Below are positions 1-19,361 of a stretch of 64,000 bases of DNA, one piece after another; the first letter of the stretch is position 1; every line of letters starts with the position of its first letter. Position numbers and translations under genes: made by a program. The notes below the pieces were generated by a model. It saw only the letters and a program-made list of their open reading frames with translations, ran no database searches and had not been told where the DNA came from. Source of the stretch: Paraspadella gotoi (Eukaryota > Animalia > Chaetognatha). The DNA lies in contig CM119266.1 of assembly GCA_051294375.1 (NCBI GenBank), forward strand, positions 9,308,538 to 9,372,537, in the 5' to 3' direction.

Positions 1-55
1 ATCTCTCTCTCTCTACGTCTCTCCTTCTTCTCTCCTCTCTCTCTCTTCCCTCTTC

Positions 56-87
<32 letters not shown>

Positions 88-639
88 TCGAATTTTCTTT
101 CTCCATAATTTGCAGTCGTTAAGAAACTCGGCGGAAAGAAGAGACAATCCCCATGAATTTTAATTGTCTTTGTTTTTTTTTTGCTTCCAAGGATTTCTAT
201 CTCCTCTTCTCGTTCTAACAGTAAAAATTCTCATTAATGGAAGAAACAGCGAGAGAGAAATGTAAAAATACAATAATTTAAAATATTTTAATTTAAAGTT
301 TATTAACTTATTCCAGATATAAAGACATGGAACACTTTAAACTGGAAGGTTAAAATTTATAATCTTTAAAACATTTTTTTAATATTTTTCTATGCATACA
401 AGCAACTTGAACATTCTCATGCATACGAATTAAATGCGACCGTGATATCAATAATGAATTGACGTCTCTCCAAAAGTTTTAGCTAGGAATGTCATAGTGA
501 CTCTCTCTCGCTCTCTCTCTCTCTCTCTCTTCTCTCCTTCTCTCTCTCTTCCCTCCTGGCTGGCTCCTTCCCTCCCACCCTCCCTTTCCACCCCCCTCCT
601 CTCTCTCTCTCTCTCTCACCTCTCCTCTTTCTTTCCTAC

Positions 640-1165
640 CTCTTCCTCAGAAACAGAGGCGAGATTGGCGTCTCCTGCCCGTGATCATCCTCCTCCTTGC
701 GCGCACCCGCGTCTTGAGTCTCTCGTCTTTTCTTCCTGAAAAAAAAAACCAACAAAAATAAACACAACAAGAAAGGAAGCTAGGAAAAAAACAACGAAAA
801 CAAGAAAAAATAAACAAAACAAACAAAGAAAACAGAATAGAGATTTATCTGATAAAATCAAAAGCTCTTGGGATTCTACAGATCTATGCTACGCAACCAA
901 AAACTACGAGAAAGAGAGAGAGATGACGAAGACGAGAGCACCGACGAGAGAGAGAGTGAGAAGAGGAGAGAAGACGAGAGAGAAGCGACTGAGAGAGAGA
1001 CAGACGGGAGGAGGGAGACCAGACGAGCACTGATGAGAAGGACAGACAGACGATGAGGAAGGAAGGGGACGAAAGCGATTATTTAACCAGAGACGCCGAG
1101 AGAAGGGAAAAGCCCCTCCGCAGCGTTTTGCACTCCAGCAGGCGACGCCATTAATTCCTCCCCGT
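640..1165 (-). CDS. Probable further kinesin neck/coiled-coil exons (~1165-1090 and 735-640), indel-degraded
   Basis: GC-richer islands among AG microsatellites. 735-640 is bounded by ttttcag| and |gtagg and codes E/K/R-rich sequence; ~1165-1090 resembles EENARLLE. Frames are broken. Confidence 0.35.
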
Positions 1166-2987
1166 GGAATCGAAGCTCTTCGTTCTCTTTGCTCTCTCTC
1201 CTCTCCTGTTCTCTTCATCCTGCTCTCTTCTCTCATCATCTGCTCTGTCTCGGTCATCTCATTCTCGGTGCTCTTCCTCTTCTCGTCTCTACTTCTCTCT
1301 CTCTCATTCTCGTCTCTCTTCTATCTCTCTCTCTCTCTAACTCTCTTCTCTCTTCTCCTCCGGTAAAAAAAAACAAACATTTTTCAAGCAGCCCGCAGGC
1401 CGGCAGCCGACCGCCCAGCCGCTCGTACGCTGGCAACTAAAATCTAGCAGGAGAAAAGCAAAGAGTACATTTACCTTCTTTAATGAATGACTCCCGTCGA
1501 CCATAGATTTGGAAAAAAAAAATTATGTTAAATCAAAAAAATTCAAATTTAAACATGAATAACAGTTTCGATTAACAGATGAAAAAACCTGTGAGAACTT
1601 TAAATTTCAATTCGTTTCTTTCGCATTTTAGACATTCGCCGTCAAATTTCACTGTTCGCCCCTTCAGTTAATACCAAAACCCAGTCCCGTTTATCTTCAA
1701 TTCCCGCGTGTAAAATGACAAAAATAAAACGAAAATAAATAATTTTTAAAAATTTCCCCCCCCTCTCCCCCACCCCCCATTCCCCGTCTTCTAAAAAAAC
1801 AACACGCCGCAGAGTAAGAACCCTTCAAACTCTCCCATTTGTATTAGCCCCTTTCGTTGCATGGACGTCTCGAAAACCCGTAGCCTTTCGGTACCCCTGC
1901 CCCGGGCGACGGCGCCCGCCCCTGCGACCGAGCCACGCTCGGCCAAGTTGGACTCGATTTACGTCGGGGTCCGAGCGTCGCATCAGCGAGAGCAAGGGGG
2001 AGGGTAGCGGGAAGGGTAGCGGGTAGGGCGTGAGCAAAGATGGGTGGTGGCGCTTGTCTCCATTATCACCCCTCCAACCTCATCTTTCCTCCCTCGTCTC
2101 TACCTCTACCTTACCCCCCACCCCCCCACCCCCCACACCTCTTTCCTTTTCGCCTTCACTCTTTCGAGTCTAAAATAACCACCCCCAAAAAAAAAAAACT
2201 CTCGAATTCCCGAGGCGCCACCAACGCTAACTCAGAATTTTAAGGAATTGAGAGACGAGAGATGAAGACGGAGAGAGAGAGGAGACGAGAGAGAGCAGAG
2301 AAGCGATGATGAGAGAGGACGAGAAGCAGAGAGATCGCAGAGAGAACGGGAAGAGAGAATAGAGGAGATCTTTTTTTTTCTCGGGGTGAGTTTTCTTCGC
2401 CACCGTCGGAATTATCCGGAGGGTCTGAAATTGATGGCGAAAGACAAACAACACACAAACAAGATTTTCTTGCAACCAACAGAAGAAATCGGAATCACCG
2501 ATTTGATTATCAATAGATCGCGGTATGTGGGTTTGATCCCCGGAATTTTTAGGGAATCGGGACGCAGCGCTAATGGTATTCGTACGAGACGATAATCGCT
2601 GCTTATGTCTTGCGCCGCGTTGTCATGTTCAAACATATATTTCTGATTTATTAACTCTTGTCTGTTCGAAAACATTGTAAACTTACTGTTTAACTAAGTT
2701 TACCAAACATTAGAAAGACAGTGGGTCGGAGATTGAACCCAAGTAGGTATTACGGCCCAATGGGAGTGTGCCCTTGGATTGAACCCACAAAAGACGATTT
2801 GCGCCCAACAATGTGGCCCAACATGTAAAAAGTAAACCCGTCTAGTTATATTTGCAGTTGCACATGATAAGAAGCGCCGACAATGTTCTCATATCACTAA
2901 TTTGGTAAAGTGCGAACTAACGAATGGATTATATTGCCAACAAACCATTAGGAAAAACAACACATATCACCGCCCTCCCCCAAGACA

Positions 2988-3161
2988 CTTAGAGCTCCCG
3001 TATGCAGCTTGTGTGCTGTGGAGATTTTAATTGACGACGGCCTTTGTTCTATGGGATCAATTCTTGGCCGGTCGGCGTTAGCGGGAGAGTGCCTCAGTGC
3101 TCTCGTCGATGCGTTGATTGTTCCGCGGGAAGAAGAGGGGCCAGGCGATCATATGGTTTTA
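2988..3161 (-). CDS. KIF28: Next kinesin exon (end of motor domain and neck), corrupted by indels
   Basis: Minus strand reads cag|TAAAACCATA.GATCGC...ACTCTCCCGCTAACGCCGACCGGCCAAGA...AACAAAGGCCGTCGTCAAT...CGGGAGCTC, recognisable as (S)KTIMIAALSP...LSTLRYADRAK..NKAVVN...IREL with many 1-bp indels typical of uncorrected long-read sequence. Boundaries approximate. Confidence 0.7.
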
Positions 3162-3745
3162 CTGGCAGAGTGAAAAAGGAGGGGGCGGGTGGGGGAGAGA
3201 GGGGGGAGAGCGGCAGTTGAGAGAGAGATTGAGAGGCAGGCAGTGAGAGGGAGAGGAGGAAGATGAGAGGGCGGCGCAATCATTATGGTTTTACTGGGCG
3301 CGGTGCGTAAAGGCGGACAGGGGTGCGTGGGGGAGAACGAGAGGCGGGAGAGGCGAGTGGGAGTGGAGGAGCAAGTAGGAGAGAGAGGGGCGGCAGATCA
3401 TTCATGGTTTTACTGGGGGTGGAAAAGAGGAAGGGGGGTGGAGAGAGAAGGGGCGAGAGGGAGTGGTAGTCGAGAGCAGTAGGAAGAGAGAGGGCGGCGA
3501 CTCATTGTGATTTTTACTGGCGCAGTGGAAAAGAGAAGGGCTGCGAGCAGAGAGAGGGGGAGAGGGCAGTGCGGAGTGAAGAGGGTAGCGAAGAGAGAGG
3601 GCGGCGATCATTGTTGATTTTACATGCGGAGCTGGAAAAGCAGGGAAGGTGGTGGAGAGACCAGAGAGGGGGAGAGGAGGTGGGACGTGACGAGACGAGG
3701 AAGACGCAGAGGGCGGCGACTCCATTGTGAATTTTACTGGAGTCG
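3140..3745 (-). repeat. Tandem ~110-130 bp repeat containing the kinesin 3' splice site and exon start
   Basis: About six copies of gcggcgatcat(t)atggttttactgg (minus strand cag|TAAAACCATAATGATCGCCGCCCTCTC = KTIMIAALS) near 3150, 3285, 3405, 3505, 3615 and 3730, separated by purine-rich spacers that are polypyrimidine tracts on the minus strand. Confidence 0.8.
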
Positions 3746-3778
3746 GAAACAGAGGACCAGGCGTGGAGACGAGACGAG

Positions 3779-3810
<32 letters not shown>

Positions 3811-4493
3811 TGATGAGAGAAGCAGCAGAGAGACAGAGGATGCATGAGACGAGAGAGAGAGGGACTGGGAGAGATAGAAAGCTGGAACGAAAAGATGCGA
3901 AAGAAAGAAAAAAAGAAAGAAAGAAAGAAAGAAAGAAAGAGAACAGAAAAGATTTAAACTAAAAAGTCAAAAACGATGAAAACAAATAAGTAAATAGTAA
4001 ATAAAGCAAAGAAAGAATCCGACAAACAAACGAAGAAGCGAACAAACGAACTAACTAAATAACTAAAGAACTAACGAACCAACTAACAAAAAAAACCTAA
4101 CAGAACCAATCAAACCGAAACGCGCCAATTGATATACATACATTACATACATCTCTCGTCAATCAGGAAATTCGATATCACGAAAGGAGAAAAAAAAATC
4201 GACTGCGACGACAGATGTCGCTTTTTTGACGTCAAACGTCGATATATTTGATTAATTTTGTTTTCGACGACCTCCATTTTTTTTTGCTCTTTTTCTGATA
4301 GATGTATATTTATCAATTTATGTTTACTTTTTTTATTTATTCATCCTCACATGTGCACAACTATGTTTTTTGTATCCTTCCAGTGGATAGCTCTGAACAA
4401 CTAATAGATCAATCATTCAATCAATTAGTAAGTCAATCAATCGATCGTTCGATCAAAATCTATCAAATCTATCAAATCAAACCAAACCTTTAC

Positions 4494-10829
<6,336 letters not shown>

Positions 10830-11112
10830 GTTGCCGTTGATCTCACGCCGCTGAGAGAAAAATTAATCACAAATTCTTCTATTTTAAATTCGCCATTTGT
10901 CCGATGTTCACATTTTTTCTGATTCTTTTTTCAAATTTTTTTAAAAATAATAATCAATGATGAATAATGTTGATTAAACAATTAAATAGCGTAAAAAAAG
11001 TTCTTTGGTGGAATCTGGAATATTGTTATATTGTTATATTGTTATCGGATCCAAAGTCAATTCGCGCCGCCGTGGAGTTTTTAATCGATCGGGTCGTAAC
11101 AGGTGAGGTTCC

Positions 11113-11127
11113 GTTGCCAAGGGAAAC
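11113..11127. promoter_or_regulatory. Candidate RFX X-box upstream of the kinesin ATG
   Basis: GTTGCCAAGGGAAAC resembles the GTNRCC-N0-3-RGYAAC X-box with one mismatch; it lies ~285 bp 5' of the ATG at 10829. Confidence 0.4.
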
Positions 11128-11789
11128 CGCGATAACATTAGATAAGCGACGAAGATAAAGTTCTTTTTTTAGGTCGTCTTATGTTTCGAGGTTCCTGTGG
11201 CTCGTAACAAAAAAGCAAAGGGGAAAAAGAAATTTGACTTTCCAAGAAATTGTTTTTTTGTGTTTTTTTTTTTAATTAGATGACGACATCGTTTTGTTGA
11301 TTCGTCCTCCTGAACCCGATTAATTTCTTTCCGGGAATTGCGTGACGAGGCTCGAACGAGTTTTATTCGATTACAATTTGAGATTTGGAATTTTAGAATT
11401 TTTTTTTAATTGACTTTTGTTCGTCGAAATTATGAGTTTGGAGCAGAGCGCCTCTTTTGGCATTGAGAAATCATCTTTATCATTAACGAACAAAGTAGCA
11501 ACGGACTGTGGTTTAGCGGGAAAAAGTTTTAAACTTTACTTATTAAATACTAGAAAAATCGAATTAGATTGTTTAATGTTTAATATTTATCTCTTCTGAG
11601 TTTATCGTCTAGTGAATGTATGGAATATACAAAAGTTGTCAAATTGTTTGTTAAAACTTTTAATTTATTTAAAACAGGACTCTCCTTCGCACGTTATTTT
11701 TTGCTGCAAAGTAAGGCAAATTTCTTACCCATCAATTTCTCTCTCTTTCTCTCTCTCTCCCTCTCTCTCTGTCTCTCTCTCTCTCTCAA

Positions 11790-11985
11790 ACCGGATTAAA
11801 TAAAAAGTTCTTTAGGTTGTTGAAACTGAAAAGATATTTTTAATTACAAGTTTCGACGGACGCTTTGAATTCTGCGAGCAGGTCGAATGAAAAAAAACCA
11901 ATTTTGTTTATTTCTGAAAATAATTTTCTTTTTCGATATCCTGCCCACAACGGAGTTTTCTCGTCTCTCTCTCTCTTCTCTCTCT

Positions 11986-12031
<46 letters not shown>

Positions 12032-12055
12032 CTCTCTCCCTCCCTTCTCCCTCTC

Positions 12056-12107
<52 letters not shown>

Positions 12108-12691
12108 TCTCTCTCTCACACACATTTCATTCTCTCATGCTCTGTCTCTGTCGAGCGGAGAGAACACACACTTCCAAAAAAAAAAAAATTAAAAAAAAAA
12201 TATATGTAAACGAGAATCTTGCTTCCGAAGATTTTGCCTTTGACTTTTTGATTCACAGTCTGAGCGACTGAGCTCTCCGGACATTGCTGTCGTCGTCGTC
12301 GTTGTTGTCGTTGTTACCGACAGATAATCATAATGAATCGAATGAAAGACTTTCCCTCTCCGATCAGAGGTCGTCTCGTGTTTCGTTCTCCGCTCATCGA
12401 CGAAGTCTTTCAAATCTCTTCTTCTTCTTTGGAGAAACAAGAAAATCCGAATTGCAAATTAAATTGCAAATTGCTCGTGGGAAATCCCTCTCGTAAAGAG
12501 ATCGGGGTGGAGGGGTGGGGGAAGGGGGGGAGAAGGATGATGGTTGGAGTGGGAAGGGAGGTGGGTTAAGGCTGCGGAGGAGATGGTAAGTTCTTCTCCG
12601 TGAGAGAGGTTTGGGGAAGTTGGGTTGGAAGAAGATTCTAGGAAATGTGAAATGGATCTGTAGACACAAAGGAGAGGAGAGAGGAGACGAG

Positions 12692-12726
<35 letters not shown>

Positions 12727-12732
12727 CAGAGA

Positions 12733-12790
<58 letters not shown>

Positions 12791-14148
12791 CGAGAGAGAG
12801 AGAGAGAGAGAGAGATACCAATTAATGATGAGGAACGTTAATGATGCAATCGGAGAACGGTTAGACGGGGGCGGAGCAGGAGGCGGAAAAACGTCGACTG
12901 AAAAATAAATGAGGGAACGACGACGACGACGACGACGACAACATTGACAAGACGAAGCGCGACGATGAAAAAATGAAAGACCGAGGAGGATTAAGGTTGA
13001 TTGAATTGTAAAAATTCTAAAATGGCGCCGAGGAGAAAAAAAAAGGTTCTCTTCCGAGGAGCGCCACTCTTTACTTTCAAGCTTTTGTCTTTTGTCGTAA
13101 AATGTTATCCTGTTGATGTGAAGGAGTTTAATGAAGCCCAGCGATTATCGAAAATCATTGCGCAAGTAAAAACTAAACAATAGAACATTTAAATTTTGAC
13201 GGTAATAAGTTAGCATCGAATTCTTTCGAGGCGGCGAAAATAAACGGAATGGAAGATTTTTCTGCCAAATTTCCGGTGAAATTTCCGATTTTTCTCTCGT
13301 TTTTTTTTCCGTTTTGTGATTTTCCACACATTTTATCACTTTTTTTTTTTATCGTGAAGTCCAGAGAAGGAAAAGTTCGGTTTCTTAGGATTTTTCGGTG
13401 ACGTTTGGGACAGGATAGGATGACGTTGGCAAGAAGTTTTTTAAAAATTCACGAAAAAAAGAGGGAGTCAGAGAGAGAGAGANNNNNNNNNNNNNNNNNN
13501 NNNNNNNCGTGAATTTTTAAAAAACTTCTTGCCAAGTCATCCTATCTGTCCAAACGTCACCGAAAAATCCTAAGAACCGAACTTTTCCTTCTCTGGACTT
13601 CACGATAAAAAAAAAAGTGATAAAATGTGTGGAAAATCACAAAACGGAAAAAAAAACGAGAGAAAAATCGGAAATTTCACGGAAATTTGGCAGAAAAATC
13701 TTCCATCCGTTTATTTTCGCGCCTCGAAAGAATTCGATGCTAACTTATTACCGTCAAAATTTAATGTTCTATTGTTTAGTTTTTACTTGCGCAATGATTT
13801 TCGATAATCGCTGGGCTTCATTAAACTCCTTCACATCAACGGATAACATTTTACGACAAAAGACAAAAGCTTGAAAGTAAGAGAGTGGCGCTCCTCGGAA
13901 GAAACCTTTTGTTTTTCTCCTCGGCGCCATTTTACAATTTTTACAATTCAATCAACCTTAATCCTCCTCGTCTTTCATTTTTCATCGTCGCGCTTCGTCT
14001 TGTCAATGTTGTCGTCGTCGTCGTTTCCCTCATTTATTTTTCAGTCGACGTTTTTCCGCCTCCTGCTCCGCCCCCGGTCTAACCGTTCTCCGATTGCATC
14101 ATTAACGTTCCTCATCATTAATTGGTATCTCTCTCTCTCTCTCTCTCT

Positions 14149-14189
<41 letters not shown>

Positions 14190-14201
14190 TCTCTGTCTCT
14201 G

Positions 14202-14243
<42 letters not shown>

Positions 14244-15425
14244 GTCTCCTCTCTCTCTCCTCTCCCTTTGTGTCTACAGATCCATTTCACATTTCCTAGA
14301 ATCTTCTTCCACCCAACTTCCCCAAACCTCTCTCGGAGAAGAACTTACCATCTCCTCCGCAGCCTTAACCCCCTTCCCTTTCCCACGCCCATCATCCTTT
14401 CCCCCCCTTCCCCCACCCCTCCACCCCGATCTCTTTACGAGAGGGAATTTCCCACGAGCAATTTGCAATTTAATTTGCAATTCGGATTTTCTTGTTTCTC
14501 CAAAGAAGAAGAAGAGATTTGAAAGACTTCGTCGATGAGCGGAGACGAAACACGAGACGACCTCTGATCGGGAGAGGGAGTCTTTCATTCGATTCATTAT
14601 GATTATCTGTCGGTAACAACGACAACAACGACGACGACGACAGCAATGTCGGAGAGCTCAGTCGCTCAGACTGTGAATCAAAAAGTCAAAGCAAAAATCT
14701 TCGGAAGCCAAGATTCTCGTTTACATATATTTTTTTTTTAATTTTTTTTTTTNNNNNNNNNNNNNNNNNNNNNNNNNTCATTTAATAATAAGATATCCTG
14801 ATAGCTATGGTGGTTTAAGGCCTCAATCACTCTTACAAAATAAATAAAATACCATAGAAGAATCTCTGACAGTTTATTAACTCCTGACATGAGACACAAA
14901 ACATACAAGGAAAATTTCCAACAACAAAAGACGCACCAGTACGAAAAGTCGAAGGCGAATTTCTTTCGGTTCTTCGTCTGAAATTAAAAAAAACAATAAG
15001 TGTTATCAATTTCTTGGCAAAAAAAAACAAAACAAAAAAAAAATTATATTTACTCTCATAGTTTCATTTCGATATTACAATCATTTTCCATCATTCACAG
15101 AAAAACAAACACAAAGAACCCGCTCACGATCCTAATCACTCTATCACAAACACCACCACTCCCCCCGCTACTCCCCTACTACCCCCCCATCAAAACCTCC
15201 GGGGCGACTCTCTCTCACTCGGCGCGTCCAGATTCTTGATGAAAGTTTGATTCCTTCCATCTCGATGCAACATTTTCGATCCACGCTCTTTCTCTTCTCC
15301 CGTTGAAGGGACGAACTCGCACGGCCACCTTGACGCTGAATTAGAGGACGAATAAAATGAATTTGTGTGTGAATGAGTGACAGACAGAAGACAGACAGAC
15401 AGACAAGACAGACAGACAGACAGCC

Positions 15426-15468
<43 letters not shown>

Positions 15469-16561
15469 AATAGATAGATATCATAGATACTACAGATAAA
15501 TGGAAAATGGAATGGAAAAATGGAAAAATAGGATAAATAAAAATAAACAAATAAATAATTAAATAATAAATAAATAATTAAATAATAAAATACAATTACA
15601 GATTCGCTCATGTTGCCGTTGATCTCACAGCCGCTGAATGCAAAAATTAATCACAAATTCTTCTATTTTAAATTCGCCATTTGTCCGATGTTCACATTTT
15701 TTCTGATTCTTTTTTCAAATTTTTTTAAAAATAATAATCAATGATGAATAATGTTGATTAAACAATTAAATAGCGTTAAAAAAAGTTCCTTGGTTTGGTG
15801 GAATCTGAAATATTTATAAATACTGTTGATACTATGTTATCGGATCCAAAGTCAATTGCGCCGCCGTGGAGTTTTTAATCGATCGGGTCGTAACAGGTGA
15901 GGTTCCGTTGCACAGGGAAACCGCGATAACATTAGATAAGCGACGAAGATAAAGTTCTTTTTTTTAGGTCGTCTTATGTTTCGAGGTTCCTGTGGCCTCG
16001 TCAAAAAAGCAAAGGGGAAAGAAATTTGACTTTCCAAGAAATTGTTTTTTTGTGTTTTTTTTTAATTAGATGACGACATCGTTTGTTGATTCGTCCTCCT
16101 GAACCCGATTAATTTCTTTCCGGGAATTGCGTGACGAGGCTCGAACGAGTTTTAATTCGATTACATATTTGAGATTTGGAATTTAGAATTTTTTTTTAAT
16201 TGACTTTTGTTCGTCGAAATTATGAGTTTGGAGCAGAGCGCCTCTTTTGGCATTGAGAAATCATCTTTATCATTAACGAACAACAGTAGCAACGGACTGT
16301 GGTTTAGCGGGAAAAAGTTTTAAACTTTACTTATTAAATACTAGAAAAATCGAATTAGATTGTTTAATGTTTAATATTTAATCTCTTCTGAGTTTATCGT
16401 CTAGTGAATGTATGGAAATATACAAAAGTTGTCAAAATTGTTCCTGTTAAAACTTTTAATTTATTTAAAACAGGACTCTCCTTCGCACGTTATTTTTTTG
16501 CTGCAAAGTAAGGCAAATTTCTTACCACATCAATTTCTCTCTCTTTCTCTCTCTCTCACTC

Positions 16562-16615
<54 letters not shown>

Positions 16616-17306
16616 CTCTCCTCTCTCTCTCTCTCTTCTTCTCTCTGATTTCCCTCTTTTTTTCGTGAATTTTTAAAAAAACTTCTTGCCAATCATCCTA
16701 TCTGTCCCAAACGTCACCGAAAAAATCCTAAGAACCGAACTTTCTCATTCTCTGGACTTCACGATAAAAAAAAAAGTGATAAAATGTGTGGAAAATCACA
16801 AAACGGAAAAAAAGCGAGAGAAAAAATCCGGAAATTTCACGAAATTTGGCAGAAAAATCTTCCATCCGTTTATTTTCGCGCCTCGAAAGAATTCGATGCT
16901 AACTTATTACCGTCAAAATTTAAATGTCTATTGTTTAGTTTTTACTTGCCGCAATGATTTTCGATAATCGCTGGCTTCATTAAACTCCTTCACATCAACG
17001 AGATAACATTTTACGACAAAAGACAAAAGCTTGAAAGTAAAGAGTGGCGCTCCTCGAAGAAACCTTTTGTTTTCTCCTCGGCGCCATTTTAAATTTTTAC
17101 AATTCAATCAACCTTAATCCTCCTCGTCTTTCATTTTTTCATCGTCGCGCTTCGTCTTGTCAATGGTTGTCGTCGTCGTCGTCCGTCGTCGCTTCCGCTC
17201 ATTTATTTTTCAGTCGACGTTTTTCCGCCTCCTGCTCCGCCCCCGTCTAACCGTTCTCCGATTGCATCATTAACGTTCCTCATCATTAATTGGTATCTCT
17301 CCTCTG

Positions 17307-17369
<63 letters not shown>

Positions 17370-17378
17370 TCTCTTTCT

Positions 17379-17409
<31 letters not shown>

Positions 17410-17994
17410 TTTCGTCTCCTCTCTCTCTCTCTCCCTTTGTGTCTACAGATTACCATTTCACATTTCCTAGAATCTTCTTCCACCCAACTTCCCCAAACCT
17501 CTCTACCGGAGAAGAACTTACCATCTCCTCCGCAGCTTAACCCACCTTCCCTTCCCACGCCCAATCATCCTTCTCCCCCCCTTCCCCCACCCCTCCACCC
17601 CGATCTCTTTACGAGAGGGATTTCCCACGAGCAATTTGCAATTTAATTTGCAATTCGGATTTTCTTGTTTCTCCAAAGAAGAAGAGAGATTTGAAAGACT
17701 TCGCGATGAGCGGAGACGAAACACGAGACGACCTCTGATCGGAGAGGGAGTCTTTCATTCGATTCATTATGATTATCTGTCGGTAACAACGACAACAACG
17801 ACACGACGACAGCAATGTCGGAGAGCTCAGTCGCTCAGACTGTGAATCAAAAAGTCAAAGCAAAAATCTTCGGAGCCAGATTCTCGTTTACATATATTTT
17901 TTTTTTAATTTTTTTTTTTTTTGGAAGTGTGTGTTCTCTCCGCTCGACAGAGACAGAGCATGAGAGAATGAAATGTGTGTGAGAGAGAGAGAGA

Positions 17995-18051
<57 letters not shown>

Positions 18052-18110
18052 GGAGAGGGAGGGAGAGAGAAGAGAGAGAGATGAGAGAGATAGAGAGAGA
18101 GACGAGAGAG

Positions 18111-18144
<34 letters not shown>

Positions 18145-18312
18145 AAACTCCGTTGTGGGCAGGATCGAAAAAGAAAATTATTTTCAGACATCAAAACAAA
18201 ATTGGTTTTTTTCATTCGACGCTCGCAGAATTTCAAAGCGTCCGTCGACAACTTGTAATTAAAAATATCTTTTCAGTTTTCAACCTAAGAAAACTTTTAT
18301 TTTATCCGGTTT
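11790..18312. other. Complex direct/inverted duplication around two 25-N gaps (probable assembly artefact)
   Basis: 11790-13480 is the reverse complement of ~16600-18312. 13508-14752 is the reverse complement of ~12180-13455. 14778-16600 repeats ~9980-11790. The gaps at 13483-13507 and 14753-14777 are each exactly 25 N. Differences are mostly homopolymer indels. Confidence 0.85.
14936..15611 (-). pseudogene. Redundant frameshifted copy of kinesin exons 1-3 (likely assembly duplicate)
   Basis: ATG AGC GAA TC at 15611; [11 protein letters not shown] and KFAFDFSYW exons are repeated with 1-bp indels inside the duplicated block. Confidence 0.7.
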
Positions 18313-19158
18313 TGTCCATATAATTTTGTACATTTCAAACGCAACTTATTTTGTTATATTTATTAAATTGTGACCTTAGCCTTAATAATTCGTCATTCTT
18401 TCAACAAACAATAAATCTTTCTGACTTTCGACGGGATGTGCTGGCCTCTATACCTCTTGGCTCTTAAAGATCCTGCAAGCTTTTAATCAAGACTTCCTAA
18501 CATTCTTGAACTATAACTGTTTGGTTTGTATAAAAATTTCAAACTTCCTTGAGTTTAAACGATAGATTTTCAGTTGGTGTGTGAGCGGTTAACCGAATCT
18601 CCTCGACCACCGGTGTAAAAAATACCGCACGAAATAAAAAAAAAAGTGCTTATGATCTGTCGGAGACCTTGAACTGTTTTTTGATGGGCGGGGTTTCGAG
18701 CCGGTAGAAGGAGAGAAGGGCGGACAGAGCGGGGATATTTCTTGTCTCCTTTACTCTTCTTGCTTTAAGCCTTGAGCTTAAAAGAGAGAGATTTTTGCCG
18801 GTTTCGATGCTAATTTAATCCGGGGAAAAAATGATGAATGTGATATAAATCTTATAGCGGATATAACGTTATTTCTTGAGGATTGATTCCTAACGGCTAA
18901 TCGAATTTCATAAAAGGGTGGACGGGTTGAGGGGGGGTGACGGCCGCTAAAACTAAAACGACGATCGAAGCGACTTTGAAAGTGACGTCATTTCATATTT
19001 TTTACAAAATTGACGGACGTATTATTCTCAACGAAGCGGCTGAACGGTCAACAGTCGATAACAGGGATGAAAAAAAAAAAAAAAATTACTACGTAACAGT
19101 TCTGAATATCTTAAAACTTTTAAGTTTTAACATTATATTTTGCAACCGATTCAATAAA

Positions 19159-19361
19159 GTCACGTGATCTTCAAAGAAAACTATTATTTAAAAAAGTTAA
19201 AAAACTCAAATGACGTTAATAACGTGATTCTTGAATATCTCGCTCGATCTTTTAATTTGCCACGTGACCCAAAAACCGAAACAAGTTCGTTGTCACGTGA
19301 CGCTAGTCGCGCCCATTTTGAATAACGATCACGTGATCACGTGAATCAAAGGTCACGTGAC
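19159..19361. promoter_or_regulatory. Cluster of six CACGTG E-boxes (two perfect GTCACGTGAC, USF/MiT-TFE 'CLEAR'-type)
   Basis: CACGTG at 19161, 19261, 19294, 19330, 19338 and 19354; YY1-like CCGCCATTTTG/GCCATCTTG motifs follow near 19940 and 20470. Confidence 0.5.

Noticed and set aside
2988-3161. Kinesin as a true pseudogene
   Set aside because: The eight upstream exons are intact; indels are confined to a noisy segment, so sequencing error is more likely.
11840-18323. Many RERERE/LSLSLS ORFs
   Set aside because: Products of (GA)n microsatellites in duplicated non-coding sequence.
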